Below are positions 28,495-39,386 of a stretch of DNA of 64,000 nt, piece by piece. The DNA lies in the NCBI GenBank assembly GCA_009859145.1, contig VRVR01000046.1:62001-126000 (forward strand), in the 5' to 3' direction. The position numbers and the translations under genes were made by a program. The DNA comes from Andalucia godoyi And28. Lineage: Eukaryota > Protista > Jakobida. Under the pieces are notes generated by a model that made no database searches, was not told where the DNA came from, and saw only the letters and a program-made list of their open reading frames with translations. Every line of letters starts with the position of its first letter. The stretch's first letter is position 1.

Positions 28495-30702
28495 ATGAGC
28501 ACAACTCGTCGTTCGCCACCGCAGACGAAAAGCAGTGTGCAAAAATCGTTCCTCGAGATTTCAGGAATTCAAACGGGTGTGAACGTATCGTATGGAAGTT
28601 ACGGCAACAGCTCTCCGGTTTCGCGAGCTCAGAGTTCACATTCGCCAACTCGGCCGGGTCGCACTGCACCTCTAGTATCCGCCGGTAGCCCATCTCGCGT
28701 TTTAGTGGACATCTCAAAAGTAGCTCCTGCAAAGAGCGCCGTTCGGCCAAGTACTTCGGCCGGTTTTGCACCGCAGAGTTCTCGGCATCGCCTGAGCCAT
28801 GCATCTTCGTCGGCCAGCATAAAATCCCATTCTCGGCTTTCGAACATGGTGGCATCCTCTCGGAATGGCGACAGCACCGGCTTCGGTGCGTTCGATCCAG
28901 AATCTCTTGTCGCGCACAGTCTGCTCTCGCTGCCATCTCGAGTCGACGCGCTAGACGACGCAGCAAAATTCACCAGCGCTTTGCTTGATGCCGGGAATGA
29001 CAACTTGGAAGCGGACGAGAATCGCGTTGAAACTGCAGATCTGAAAAAGGCTGCGTTGGCGCTCGTGCACTGGACGACACTCAAGCCAGATCCACAGAGA
29101 ATCCCTCTGCCTGCTTCTGTGACCCCATTTAAAACGGCATGCACCAAGACCGCGTCGTTCATGATCACCACACTGGGAGATCTGCTGTTCTGGGGCACCT
29201 TTCAGAATATATACTCGGATGCACCGACCGTTGTGACGATGGCAAGTGTTTCAGGTCGCAAGTTTAAGTGCATCGCGGCGAGCGAGTTCCGCATTGGGCT
29301 CGTCACCAATTACGATGAAGTTATTATACTTGATGACGAGTCGGTGGCAGCGGATGCAGAATCGCGAAGAGAGTCCTTTGAGCAATCGTTTGGGTCGCAT
29401 GTGTCGTCTTTTCGACTGAAGAAGCCGCGCATTGTTCGAGTGCGCATTGAGATTCCACAGCATAACCTTGCTTTTGGAACAATGGAGCATCCTTCTGGTC
29501 GAACGGCGGGTGGAAGACACGACCCAAAGAACTACGGAATGATGAGGGCCAGCATTGTGGCGACGGAGTTGATCATTCGCAAAATTGCTCTCGACGAAGA
29601 CCATCTGCTTGTTCTGTCTTCCGACGGTCAAGTCTACGGCATGGGCAACAATCACTCGGGCCAAATTGGAATTCATGGCCTAGCATCCGACCATCTGCTG
29701 CCCGTCTCTTTCCTGGATACCAATGTTCGCATCAAGGACTTTTGCACCTCGCACTACCATTCCATATTCTTGACTGCGGAGGGCTATGTGTACGTGGCCG
29801 GAGACAACTCGAATGGTGCATTGGGGCTTGTGGATCGAGAGACTGTCATCCGCACACCGACCATCTTGCGTTACTTTCGGGACCATTCTCTCATCGTCCA
29901 GTCAATCGCGTGTGGCTTCAATCATTCGCTGTTCATGACCTCTGGACATTCTCCACAGCTGTTCACCTGCGGGCTGAATTCGCAGGGGCAGTGTGGGTGG
30001 GGATCCAAGGCACGGATGCGCTCGGTGCCTACACGAGTCCATGTACCCAATCTGGAATCCATCTTTGCGAGCGGAGAGGTTTCCTATGCGGTTGCAATGT
30101 CTAAAGGCGTGCTGTGCTCGCTCCAATGGGATCGAGTTGTCCCTGTGCTGTCTGCGAGTGTTTTTGATTACTCGATTGGAGGAGTGCAGCGGGTGTTGAT
30201 TGCAGAGATCAAAGGAGGAGCTGTCAGGGACAAGACCATCAGCCAGTCGGACATGTCTGCCATGGAGTACACTCGCCCATTCGAGCTTGACAATTCGAGC
30301 GGCCTCGCGACTTCCAGATCGTCGATTTCCGCCCATCGTGTCGTATCGCCAAAAAAACCCAGAGGAAAACTCCGAAAACCCGATCCTATCTATTCGATAG
30401 CGCCGATGTCGCTCTGGACAGACATCGCACAACTGAATGAATCTTTACATGCCTTGGTTCACGCCACCGCGGCGACTTTTCCACGACTGGCGAGCGACAT
30501 TGCCTCCGAGGTCTCGACTGCGTTTGGACGTGATCGCAAGGAGAACTGGGGTGGCTATAACCGTCCAGATCAGTATTCGCTGTTTGCAGGCCAAAAAGAC
30601 GAACGGACGCAAGAAGTCGAATGGACTCGGGAAATGGGGCGCATCTGCGGCTGGGACGAAACGCACTTTGAGAATTGGTGCATTGACGCGGGTGTTCAGT
30701 AG
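28495..30702 (+). CDS. RCC1-repeat (beta-propeller) protein
   Basis: Repeats such as HLLVLSSDGQVYGMGNNHSGQIG, HSIFLTAEGYVYVAGDNSNGALG and ACGFNHSLF..CGLNSQGQCG. Confidence 0.88.
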   Translation: MSTTRRSPPQTKSSVQKSFLEISGIQTGVNVSYGSYGNSSPVSRAQSSHSPTRPGRTAPLVSAGSPSRVLVDISKVAPAKSAVRPSTSAGFAPQSSRHRLSHASSSASIKSHSRLSNMVASSRNGDSTGFGAFDPESLVAHSLLSLPSRVDALDDAAKFTSALLDAGNDNLEADENRVETADLKKAALALVHWTTLKPDPQRIPLPASVTPFKTACTKTASFMITTLGDLLFWGTFQNIYSDAPTVVTMASVSGRKFKCIAASEFRIGLVTNYDEVIILDDESVAADAESRRESFEQSFGSHVSSFRLKKPRIVRVRIEIPQHNLAFGTMEHPSGRTAGGRHDPKNYGMMRASIVATELIIRKIALDEDHLLVLSSDGQVYGMGNNHSGQIGIHGLASDHLLPVSFLDTNVRIKDFCTSHYHSIFLTAEGYVYVAGDNSNGALGLVDRETVIRTPTILRYFRDHSLIVQSIACGFNHSLFMTSGHSPQLFTCGLNSQGQCGWGSKARMRSVPTRVHVPNLESIFASGEVSYAVAMSKGVLCSLQWDRVVPVLSASVFDYSIGGVQRVLIAEIKGGAVRDKTISQSDMSAMEYTRPFELDNSSGLATSRSSISAHRVVSPKKPRGKLRKPDPIYSIAPMSLWTDIAQLNESLHALVHATAATFPRLASDIASEVSTAFGRDRKENWGGYNRPDQYSLFAGQKDERTQEVEWTREMGRICGWDETHFENWCIDAGVQ

Positions 30703-30963
30703 TGCTGTCCTTTCTGCATTGTAACCCCGTGAAGAAAAGAGAGAGGGGCAGGAGGGAAGAAAAGAAGAAAAATCCATGTTTCATTAATCATTCTGTACAA
30801 TAACCTGAGTTGTGTCACAATTCATACCATTCCTTTTTCTTTTTCTCCGTCAAACAACCCACCAGGTCAGATGTGCTGGGAATGAATGCGGAACCGATGC
30901 GACAAATGCTCTTGTTTTGCTTTTGCTTTGTGTTTTTGCTTTTGATTTGATTCAACAGATTAT

Positions 30964-32261
30964 TCACGATTTGTAAAGCCAGGCGTCCCATTCTTGCTTG
31001 GCCTTCTTGCGCGCCATGGCCTCTTCTGCAGCCCATCGTTCCCGGATCCTTGCAGCATACCGCTCCGTCACCTTGCTTGCAGAAGAAGGACGAAATGGAA
31101 CTTCTTTGAGCGCCTCCTCTTTTGCACTCTTCACCAGGACATCGTGGTGCAGCCTGCGACTCTTGACATCCTCGCCCCCCAGCCTCTCCCACACTGGTGT
31201 GGATCCTCTTTCAAGATTCTTGCTCACTGCCGTGATTTGTGGCACCTCCCGAAGCTCCAACAAGTCGTCTTCTTTTTCATAGGAAGGATCCGTAACCTCT
31301 GTGACAAACTTTCGCTTCCGTTCACGCTCCACACCCTGCTGGTACAGTCTTGAAAACACGGACCGAGGAGTACCGGGCGGCGACTTTGCACGCTTCTGTT
31401 CAGCATGCAAAATGCTCGATTTTGACAGATCAGGATGGAAAGAATACCCATTGAATCGCCCGGAAATAACAGGATCGTTGTCCCGAGGATGCGTCTTGAT
31501 GGGAGAGGCATGCAGCCGCTCGTGTGCAGGACTTTTTGTGCGTCCTGGGTTCGGAGATTTGGGTGTGTGCGCAGGAGGTCGCTCTCCGCTAGCCTTGTTC
31601 CAGACAGGAGGCATGTGTTTTTTCGAATAGGACTCTGTCTTCTCCTTGTATAACTTTTCGAAAACCCCTGCGCCGTTTGAAGAAGCGACAGAACTGTTCA
31701 CGAGCGATGGTGAAGACGAGCGGAATGATTTTGCAGAGGATGCTGAAATTGCGGTTGAAGTCGACGACGCATGCGAACACGGCGATCGTGCAGATTGTGA
31801 GCTGGGGACCGGGCTGTACTTCTTTGCGAGGTCGTAAAGCCGGTCAAACACTTCAGCAGAAGAAGAAGACGAAGAAGAAGCCGGTTGTTTCGAGGTTGGT
31901 GGCTGCATGGAAGAAGAGGAGTTTAACAACTTTTTTGGTTTTGGCGTCTTTTTTTGGCTGGACGCTAATGGCTTTGCACCAACTTCCCTCAGAGCATCGT
32001 CCAAGTACGAGAAGTCCGTAAGTGCATTCCAATTGACAGTAACCTTGACTTGCGAAAGATCCAGCATGTATGCGGGAACAGAAGCCTTGTTGGGCTTCGT
32101 CTCTGCAGAGCTTTCCTTCTTTATCTTCTTCTTCTTCTTCTTTTTCTTCTTTGGTTCTGCAGACTGCAAAGAGGACGCTTCAGCACCAACACCACGAGTG
32201 TCATTTCCCACATTGCTCCTCGGCGCACAGGACAACGACGACAGCGATGATGATGATGATA

Positions 32262-32294
<33 letters not shown>

Positions 32295-32418
32295 CACAGC
32301 ACAGTGCAGAATCGAGTTCGGAAAGCTCCTTTTCAAGCAAGTCCTCCTGTGCTTCGAAATACGAAGCTTCCTTCCTGTACTCTTGCAGAATCTTTTGCAA
32401 ATCCACTGTTTCACTCAT
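30964..32418 (-). CDS. low-complexity protein with repeated (V/A)(F/H/W)xRL(Y/H)-type motifs
   Basis: VFDRLY, VFEKLY, AHERLH, VFSRLY and VWERL spaced through a Ser-rich sequence. ATG 32418. Confidence 0.7.
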
Positions 32419-32718
32419 TGGAGTTATCGCGCAATCCAAAACATCCGAGGGAGATCAGCAAGAAAGAAAGGGAACAATTCAGACTCGGAAATACTTGTCG
32501 ATGCTGTCGATGCTGTCGATGTTGTCGAGCTCGGGGTACAGCAGCATGTGCGTTTTGTCGTTGCAAAATGTTCCGCAGCGCTCTGTTGAAGTCGTGAAAA
32601 AAGCAGGCGTTGGAGGATGCACCTATCTTAAGTGATATTTACTACAGCGGGTGGCGGTGAAGCTATACAAAAATTGGAATTGGGAACTGGGGTGTCTTTG
32701 GCGGCGAACTGAGTGGGG

Positions 32719-35361
32719 TTACGACCCAGTTGTGGAACCACGCGCCGAGTTTTTCAGACTAGAAGACGATTCTTCGCGAGTCGACGGGTACATGCCTGGA
32801 GTCGGCTTCTTTGCGCCGTCTGTGTTTGCTGCCGCTGGTTTTTTGACTTCGGCGGGCTTTTCGGCTGCCTTCTTTGCCGTGGCTGCTTTGGGAGCTGGGG
32901 CCGCGGCTGGGGCTGCTTTAGAAGCTGGGGCTGGAGCAGGAGCACTCTTTCCGGCCTTGGCGCCAGAACTTGGTTTGCTACTCTTTGATGCGGCTGCACT
33001 TTCGGGTTTCTTCGTCGTGGGACCCCCGTTGAGAATTGCTTGCTGGATTGCCTCTTTTTCCTTCTTGGCTGCAGACATTTGCGTTTGAACATCACGAATT
33101 GCCTTTTCATAGAATTCTGCCATCTTTGCATAATTCTGGAGCTGGGCTTCGTACTCGGCCCTCAGGTCCAGCTTCGCATTGCCGCCTTCAAACCGTCTCG
33201 CAAAATCAGCCTCCATTTCCGCACGCTTCTCTGACTCTTCCTGGTACTTCTTCTCGAGCTTCTCAATGTCTCTCGCAATCTCGTCTTGCACCTTCTTCTT
33301 TTCCAGCTCCTTCTCGACGATCTTTTCGTTGAATTGTGATGTTCTCTTCTTCTCTGCTTCGATCGTTTCGAGGATCTGCTTTCGCGTCGATTCTTGCTCT
33401 GCTCGAAGCATTCGCATCAAATCCTCGTCGTCTGCTACTTTGCCTTCTTCGTTCTGCCGCTCCTTCCGTACTTTCGTAAGTTCATCTCGAGCAAGCTGCA
33501 GCTTGTCTCCAATGAAGTTCAGACGTGCAATTTCGCGCTCCAACCGCTTCGGCTCTCGTTCACGTTTTCGAGCCCGGTTGGCTTCGCAGTGCTTCTGAAT
33601 CACCGTCAAGGATGCAAGATCGAGCTGGTTTCCTTTCAAATCCACGGTTTGAATAACGGGATTGCGAACAATCTCCCGCGCAATGATGCGGCCTCCAATG
33701 GGTGTCACATGATTGCCGCGAAGAGATATGGAGAACAGCGCATACAGAGTGAGTGAAAGTGCCCCCTCATCACCAATCTTGCAGTCCTCCAACGACAAGT
33801 GGGAAAAGTGAGCCAGGCCTCGCGCAAGAGAAACTGCACCAGCATCACGAATACCGTTTCCATCGAGTCGCAAGCGATGAATGTTTCCGAGCTGCGGGAT
33901 GTCGCGAGAACAGTCACAGTACGGACAAGGAGGGGGCTGTGTACTCTCTGATTGAAGCGAGGCAAACTCGATCGCAGCTTGCGAAAAGGCTTCTGCCGCT
34001 ACCGCAGTGACGCCGCACCGCGCCAAGGACAACTCGTGGCAGCCTGGGAGCTCAGACAAGGCTATAGCAGCTTCGTCACCAAGAACATTGTCCGACAGGT
34101 CCATGTACTCAAGGCACAAATTCTTTTCCTGGAGTGAGCGCACGAGAACCACGACACCGTCTCCCATGATGCGATTAGCAGACAGATTCAAAACTCGGAG
34201 ACCTGGAATGCCGCTTTGCGAAATGGCGTATGCCAACGCCGCCAAAAAGTCGTCTGACAAGAAATTCTGTCGAAAGTCCAGAACAGTGAGTGCAGTATTG
34301 AATTCCAGCGCCTTCGGGATTAGCAATGCCAAAGGGGCACATAAACCACACTCTCGAGCGACCAGCGATTGCACAGAGATCTGCTGAGCTCCGGTCTTTT
34401 TCGGCGGAGACGATCCATTTGAAGACCCATAGTGCGATTGCTGCGGGGATCCATCCAGTGTGCTTCGCGGTGACATCATGCGCTGGTTGTGCGACAGCGA
34501 TTTTGCGGTATTCTTCATTGGAGACGAGGAGGACAGAGCCTGCGACGGCGGTGGTGGTCCAGTTGATACAGCCAAACTCGCCGCCATTGCATGCACAATC
34601 TGCTCTTCGCCAACCACGCTACAATGCGACACATTCCACGACAAGACGCAGACGGACTCCATAAGAAGAGAGATGGCATGCGCTCCTACCGGATTGTTTG
34701 CGATCGACAGCTCGTCAAGTGCAAAGGACTCTCCTTGGGAAGCCGTGAGCGTCGCGAGAGACTTTGCGAGGGCGATGGCACCTTGGCTCGTAATGTCATT
34801 GTCGTCGAGAAAGACGCTTTTGGTTCGCGGTGAAATCGCATACGCCAAGGCAGTCACACCGTTATCCTTGATTCGATTGTTTCGTACGTCAATGACCACC
34901 AATGCTGGAATGCTGGCTGGCGCCAGTTGCTGCTGCTCGGGAGAGGATGGCGTGCTGGGAACTCCATAGCTATTCTGAACGGAAGTAGACCCGTTCGCAG
35001 ATATCGTTGTCTGGTTGGAATTCTGGAATTGCTGCGCATGTGCTTGCTGCGGAACCGTTGAACTGAACAACTTTGCGAGTGCAACGCAGGTTCTTGATCC
35101 GATTCTGGCGTTCGAGAGAATGAGCTCGCCTTTTTGAAACGCTGGATTCATCCATGAAAGAAACCGAGCTTCGATCTCTGGAGAAGTCCGAAGATGCAAG
35201 TCCGTCAGATACGCTTCAAAAACATCTCGATACAGAAATGGGATGGTCGACACATGCTGCTGCTGAGGTTGCTGAGGTTGTTGTTGCTGCTGTTGCGTGC
35301 TGCTCGATCCTTTAGCAGATCTAGTGGCAGTGTTTGCTTGGGATGTCGAAGGCCGAAACAT
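32719..35361 (-). CDS. RNI-like leucine-rich-repeat protein with coiled-coil and Ala/Lys-rich tail
   Basis: Repeated LxLxxNxI(G)DxG motifs (e.g. LDFRQNFLSDD, LNLSANRIMGDG), then an E/K-rich coiled coil. Confidence 0.88.
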   Translation of the reverse strand: MFRPSTSQANTATRSAKGSSSTQQQQQQPQQPQQQHVSTIPFLYRDVFEAYLTDLHLRTSPEIEARFLSWMNPAFQKGELILSNARIGSRTCVALAKLFSSTVPQQAHAQQFQNSNQTTISANGSTSVQNSYGVPSTPSSPEQQQLAPASIPALVVIDVRNNRIKDNGVTALAYAISPRTKSVFLDDNDITSQGAIALAKSLATLTASQGESFALDELSIANNPVGAHAISLLMESVCVLSWNVSHCSVVGEEQIVHAMAASLAVSTGPPPPSQALSSSSPMKNTAKSLSHNQRMMSPRSTLDGSPQQSHYGSSNGSSPPKKTGAQQISVQSLVARECGLCAPLALLIPKALEFNTALTVLDFRQNFLSDDFLAALAYAISQSGIPGLRVLNLSANRIMGDGVVVLVRSLQEKNLCLEYMDLSDNVLGDEAAIALSELPGCHELSLARCGVTAVAAEAFSQAAIEFASLQSESTQPPPCPYCDCSRDIPQLGNIHRLRLDGNGIRDAGAVSLARGLAHFSHLSLEDCKIGDEGALSLTLYALFSISLRGNHVTPIGGRIIAREIVRNPVIQTVDLKGNQLDLASLTVIQKHCEANRARKREREPKRLEREIARLNFIGDKLQLARDELTKVRKERQNEEGKVADDEDLMRMLRAEQESTRKQILETIEAEKKRTSQFNEKIVEKELEKKKVQDEIARDIEKLEKKYQEESEKRAEMEADFARRFEGGNAKLDLRAEYEAQLQNYAKMAEFYEKAIRDVQTQMSAAKKEKEAIQQAILNGGPTTKKPESAAASKSSKPSSGAKAGKSAPAPAPASKAAPAAAPAPKAATAKKAAEKPAEVKKPAAANTDGAKKPTPGMYPSTREESSSSLKNSARGSTTGS

Positions 35362-35759
35362 TGCTCAAGACCTTCTTTTGTTGTACCTTTTTTTTTTAAA
35401 TATAAAAAAAAAATAGTCAATAAGAAGAAGCGATCAGACACGTGTTTAAAAATGCTTTATAAACAACAACAGCAGAAAGAAGTTTCAATTCCAAGAACTT
35501 TAAAGAAATCCATATCAAATTAAAAGAGGTTTCAGAAACCTCAACATAAGAAAGAACTGTTTCTCCTCCTTGCAAACGATCTCGTCGGATTTTCTGCTCG
35601 ACATGTCTGTCCGAAACGGCGGGCTACATGTGAGCAGCTTCATAAAGACGGTCATGTCCATCCGCATCAGCCTTGTTCCAGTATCGGCAGACTGGCACAC
35701 CCCCCACCTCCTGTTTCTTTTCCTTTGGGCCTGTTGTGTGTGACGCACAGGGAAGGAAT

Positions 35760-35868
35760 CGCCTACATTATCCACTGAACATGCATATCTACGAATAGTC
35801 ATGCGTAATCAATGTTGCAACCCGGGCCATGTCGCCATGGACGGGAAGGGGGGATAGGCCGCAACACA
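35760..35868 (-). ncRNA. candidate omegaRNA scaffold (copy B)
   Basis: CCCG-T-CCATG-GCGA-CATGG-CC-CGGG hairpin, CATTGA..CTA-TTCG-TAG..TCAGTG hairpin, and GCCTAT complementary to terminal GTAGGC. Confidence 0.7.
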
Positions 35869-36395
35869 CCTCACGGCGCTCTTCAGATAAATGCTCCGCG
35901 CTCCGTTCCCAATCTCGATCAATCGGTGAGCCACTTTCTCAGCATGACACGTTGTTCCTGAGAAGGGTGCATTTTGATTCTGACGGCCCTAGCAGCAGGC
36001 GCTTTCGTGTCCGCAGTTGCAGCGATTGATGCAACTGGAGATACGAGAGTAGGAAGAGGCGGTAGGCGTAGTGACACGTGGTCTCTTAGTAGGTCTGCGG
36101 GACCTAGGAGGCCCTGTATCGGGTGGCGTGGGCGTAGGCGAATGCGTCATCCCAGCACACTCACGCCCATATTTGAATTAATAAAGCGGAACCAACGAAT
36201 GATAGAATTGATGGCTACGGATGCTGCGTTAAAGAGCGTCGAAAATGCGGAGCCTGTGTCACCGGCTGAATTTTGGCCGAGCGTGCATAAGCACGAGTTC
36301 CCTGTGAAACAAAACGTGCTAGTGTCGGCCAGTATTGACCGTGTCTGTTTATGTATGCTTCCGTATATGCATGACAATGGTGTGTTATTAATCAA
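35760..36395 (-). mobile_element. Copy B: 636-bp non-autonomous IS607/Fanzor2-derived element
   Basis: Reverse complement is collinear with copy A, plus two extra blocks. Encodes ARAVRIKMHPSQEQRVMLRKWL fused to IDRDW/NGARSIYLK. Possible TnpA scraps (AYAR-SAK, GDTGS). Right end TGTAGGCG. Confidence 0.88.
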
Positions 36396-36698
36396 CGGTT
36401 GCAGGGAAGCTGCAGAATGAGATGCGAAAAGGGCTGCAGCGCTCTCGTCAACGACGGGAAAGCACTAAGAGACTTTCATCGAACAGACTGCGACGAATGC
36501 TTTTAATGAAGAAATATTTCAACAAAGAACAGTTCACGAGAGCAGCATTTTTATTATTATTATTCTTTTATGAAAATGAAACAACATAACTGGTGACTGC
36601 ATTGCTGGTGCAATCTGCATTCGTTTGCAGGTGCACAGAACAAATAGACTGAAGAGGATTTGCTGCGCCTTCCTTTGTAAAATCGGAACCAAAACCTG

Positions 36699-38336
36699 TT
36701 ACGCTACAGCATTGGTCTTCTTTTTTCCTAGCTGCAACGTCACCTTTTCCGGATCTGTTTCTTCGGGCCGGGAGTCCACCTTTCGCTTGGACTCCCAGGT
36801 GTACGCAGGACAGCTGCCGATTCCCTTTACATCGAGCGATGTAGGCTGTTTGTAAATATACATGTGGTTCGTTTGTTCGAACGTCTTGCTGTCGACAAGA
36901 ATCCCGTTGACAGCGGAGAGAGACTGGAGCCTGCTTGCCAGATTCACTGTGTTGCCCCAGATGTCCCAGTGGGGACGCTCGGGATCAATGCATCCGGAAA
37001 GGACGTTCCCTGTGGCAATTCCAACCCGGATGCCAACTTCCTCGCTGCTGACCATGTATCGAACCATATCGTTTCCAACCTCAACTGCGCGGACAGGGGC
37101 ATCCATGTACCTCGGGGCCACAGCTCCGCAAACTCCCATCCAGCAGTCTCCGATCGTCTTGACTTTCTCCACTCCGTACTTTTTCGCGATGATGTCAAAG
37201 ACTTTGAAAATCCGTGAAAGGAGTTCGACGACCTGAACTGGGGTGTGCACAGCCGCAAAGTTAGAGAACTGCACAATGTCCGCGAAAATGACCGTTGCTT
37301 CTGAGAGATCTGCGATTCTTTCGTCGCCTGCTTTGAGACGGTCTGTCACTGTCTTGGGCATCATCGACTCGAAGATTCTGCGGATCTTGTCAAGTTCCAA
37401 CTCCTTACTCATATCCTGGATGAAGCCAAGGAACACCGAACCTCCATTCATGTCGTCCAGCTCCTGAATACGAAGTTGCATCGGGAACAGATCACCGTTC
37501 TTCTTCTTGCCTTTCACGCCGTGTCTCTTTTCCATGATGATCCTGCGACATTTCGTCTGGACGTACCGCTTCAAGTAATAGTCATGCTTGGCCGCAATGT
37601 GGTCTTCCATCAGCAGTTTGATGTTGAAGCCGATGAGCTCCCATCGCTCATAGTTGAAGAGCTCGAGAGTTTCTCGATTGACGGATCGAATTTGACCCTT
37701 CGCATCGATCATCACAACCGGGAACAAACAGCCTTCCGCAAACCGATCCAGCAAGATTTGAAACTGTCGAAATCTTGCAAATTCAGAAAACTGCGTACTT
37801 CCAACAGTGTTTCCAGACACGACGGACGCCAAATCGTCACGGTCCTCGTCTTCTTGTCGCATGTTTTGAAGCTCCTCAAAAAGATAAGAGAGATTCTGAT
37901 CATCGGACTCGGACATTGAGGACGTCTTTTGCATCACAGGACATCCCCCCGGTCCGCCGCCAGCCCCGGCTCGCGTGGTGCCTGTGCTGCCGTGCATCAC
38001 CGGACATCCTCCCGTGAAAGGGCTCTTCTTTCCACCGCCGCCTGCGCTGACAGGCGACTGTTGCAAGGGGGACCCGGGCTCCGCGGCTTTAATGTAGCTG
38101 CTCTTTTTCATAGCGCTTCCATGTGATTGCTTGGCGTCCGAGACAGGAGGTGCTTCGTGTTCGGACTGCATCTCGTCTTGCTGGTCGGCCCCAGGCATCG
38201 CCTCGTCTGGAGATCGAGAGCGGTTCATGTGAGAAGAAAGTCTCGAGCGCGTTCGGGAAACTGGCAACAGATTCTCGTTGTGCGCCGACGACGCCACATC
38301 GGCGGCACTGTTGTGATTCGAGCTGGAGATTTCCAT
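36699..38336 (-). CDS. FixL-like PAS-domain class III adenylyl cyclase
   Basis: PAS IGFNIKLLM..HDYYLKRY..GKKKNGDLFPMQLRI. Cyclase FADIVQFS, EKVKTIGD, WDIWGNTVNLASRLQS (Lys/Asp indicate ATP specificity). Start MEISS 38336, or 38432. Confidence 0.9.
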   Translation of the reverse strand: MEISSSNHNSAADVASSAHNENLLPVSRTRSRLSSHMNRSRSPDEAMPGADQQDEMQSEHEAPPVSDAKQSHGSAMKKSSYIKAAEPGSPLQQSPVSAGGGGKKSPFTGGCPVMHGSTGTTRAGAGGGPGGCPVMQKTSSMSESDDQNLSYLFEELQNMRQEDEDRDDLASVVSGNTVGSTQFSEFARFRQFQILLDRFAEGCLFPVVMIDAKGQIRSVNRETLELFNYERWELIGFNIKLLMEDHIAAKHDYYLKRYVQTKCRRIIMEKRHGVKGKKKNGDLFPMQLRIQELDDMNGGSVFLGFIQDMSKELELDKIRRIFESMMPKTVTDRLKAGDERIADLSEATVIFADIVQFSNFAAVHTPVQVVELLSRIFKVFDIIAKKYGVEKVKTIGDCWMGVCGAVAPRYMDAPVRAVEVGNDMVRYMVSSEEVGIRVGIATGNVLSGCIDPERPHWDIWGNTVNLASRLQSLSAVNGILVDSKTFEQTNHMYIYKQPTSLDVKGIGSCPAYTWESKRKVDSRPEETDPEKVTLQLGKKKTNAVA

Positions 38337-39386
38337 TTTCTTTTTTTCTTTTTTCGATTGCTGTTGTTGTACTGGATTGTTGGTGACAAAATAAACGCAG
38401 TTGACAAACAGGAAGAACAAATCGTAGCGCATCCAGTGCTCTCTGTGCTTTTAAACCCTTTCCGAATCCCGAAAGCCCTCTTGTAAAAAAGATGTCGCAT
38501 TCCGTCATGAAACGGCAGGCCAGCACGCCAAACATCGCATACGAACATCAAACATATAGTTCTACCAATGCGATCAAAGAAAATTCTGATCCGCTGCGAC
38601 GACAGAAAATCGTGCTTCCGCTTTAATTGTTTCAAGGAATTTCGTTCTGTTTGCTTCTACCGATACCGCCGCCCGAGAGAGCGCAGTCCGCCTCATTGAA
38701 TCCAACTCCGCACAGTGCCTGCACCACTGGACAGGAATGGGTGTCCTTTTCATCGCTCTGCTTTCACAACTTTTGCTGTGCCAACGAGCCGGTGACTTCC
38801 GAAAATGACAACGCAGTTCCGCAACGAGAAATGCTAGCAAAAACTTCTTCCCGTGCAGTTGCACAAAACCGTTCTCGTCAGACTGGTGCGTCTGCATTGG
38901 GGAATCTGTACAGGTGAATCTGCATCGGTGAAAATGGATGGCAACCTGACAGGAATGAATGGAGTAAGTGGCAAAAAAAAAAAAACAAGGAAGAGCGCAG
39001 CCTGATCCGACGCGCATTGCAGAGTTGCTTCCGAGCACCGGAGACCAGCAGACGTCGTTGCGAGACCCAAACCGGCCGCAGCGGCTCCAAAGTCCAAGGC
39101 TCCTCTCCCCGAAAAGGCGTGCACGGTGTGCTGGTGACCTGCGGAACCCAAGAGAAGCCATACTGCAGCGTCTGTGAAATGGCTCGCTTTGGCACGTTCG
39201 CTGTGATTTAAGAGCGATGCGACTTGTGTGCAAACCGATACGGAGCCCCCCCCCCAAACACACACACAATCACCAAGAAGAAAATGCTATCTATCACCTT
39301 ATTTTAATTATCACTGCAACACTGACAATTCACAGAGGGGGGGGACTATGAAAATGTACATGAAAGCAAAGAAGTGCATTGATATC

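Noticed and set aside
38574-39269. 231-aa minus-strand ORF and overlapping short ORFs between the cyclase and GCN20
   Set aside because: No recognisable motif, non-ATG start and crossing homopolymer runs. Treated as spurious.
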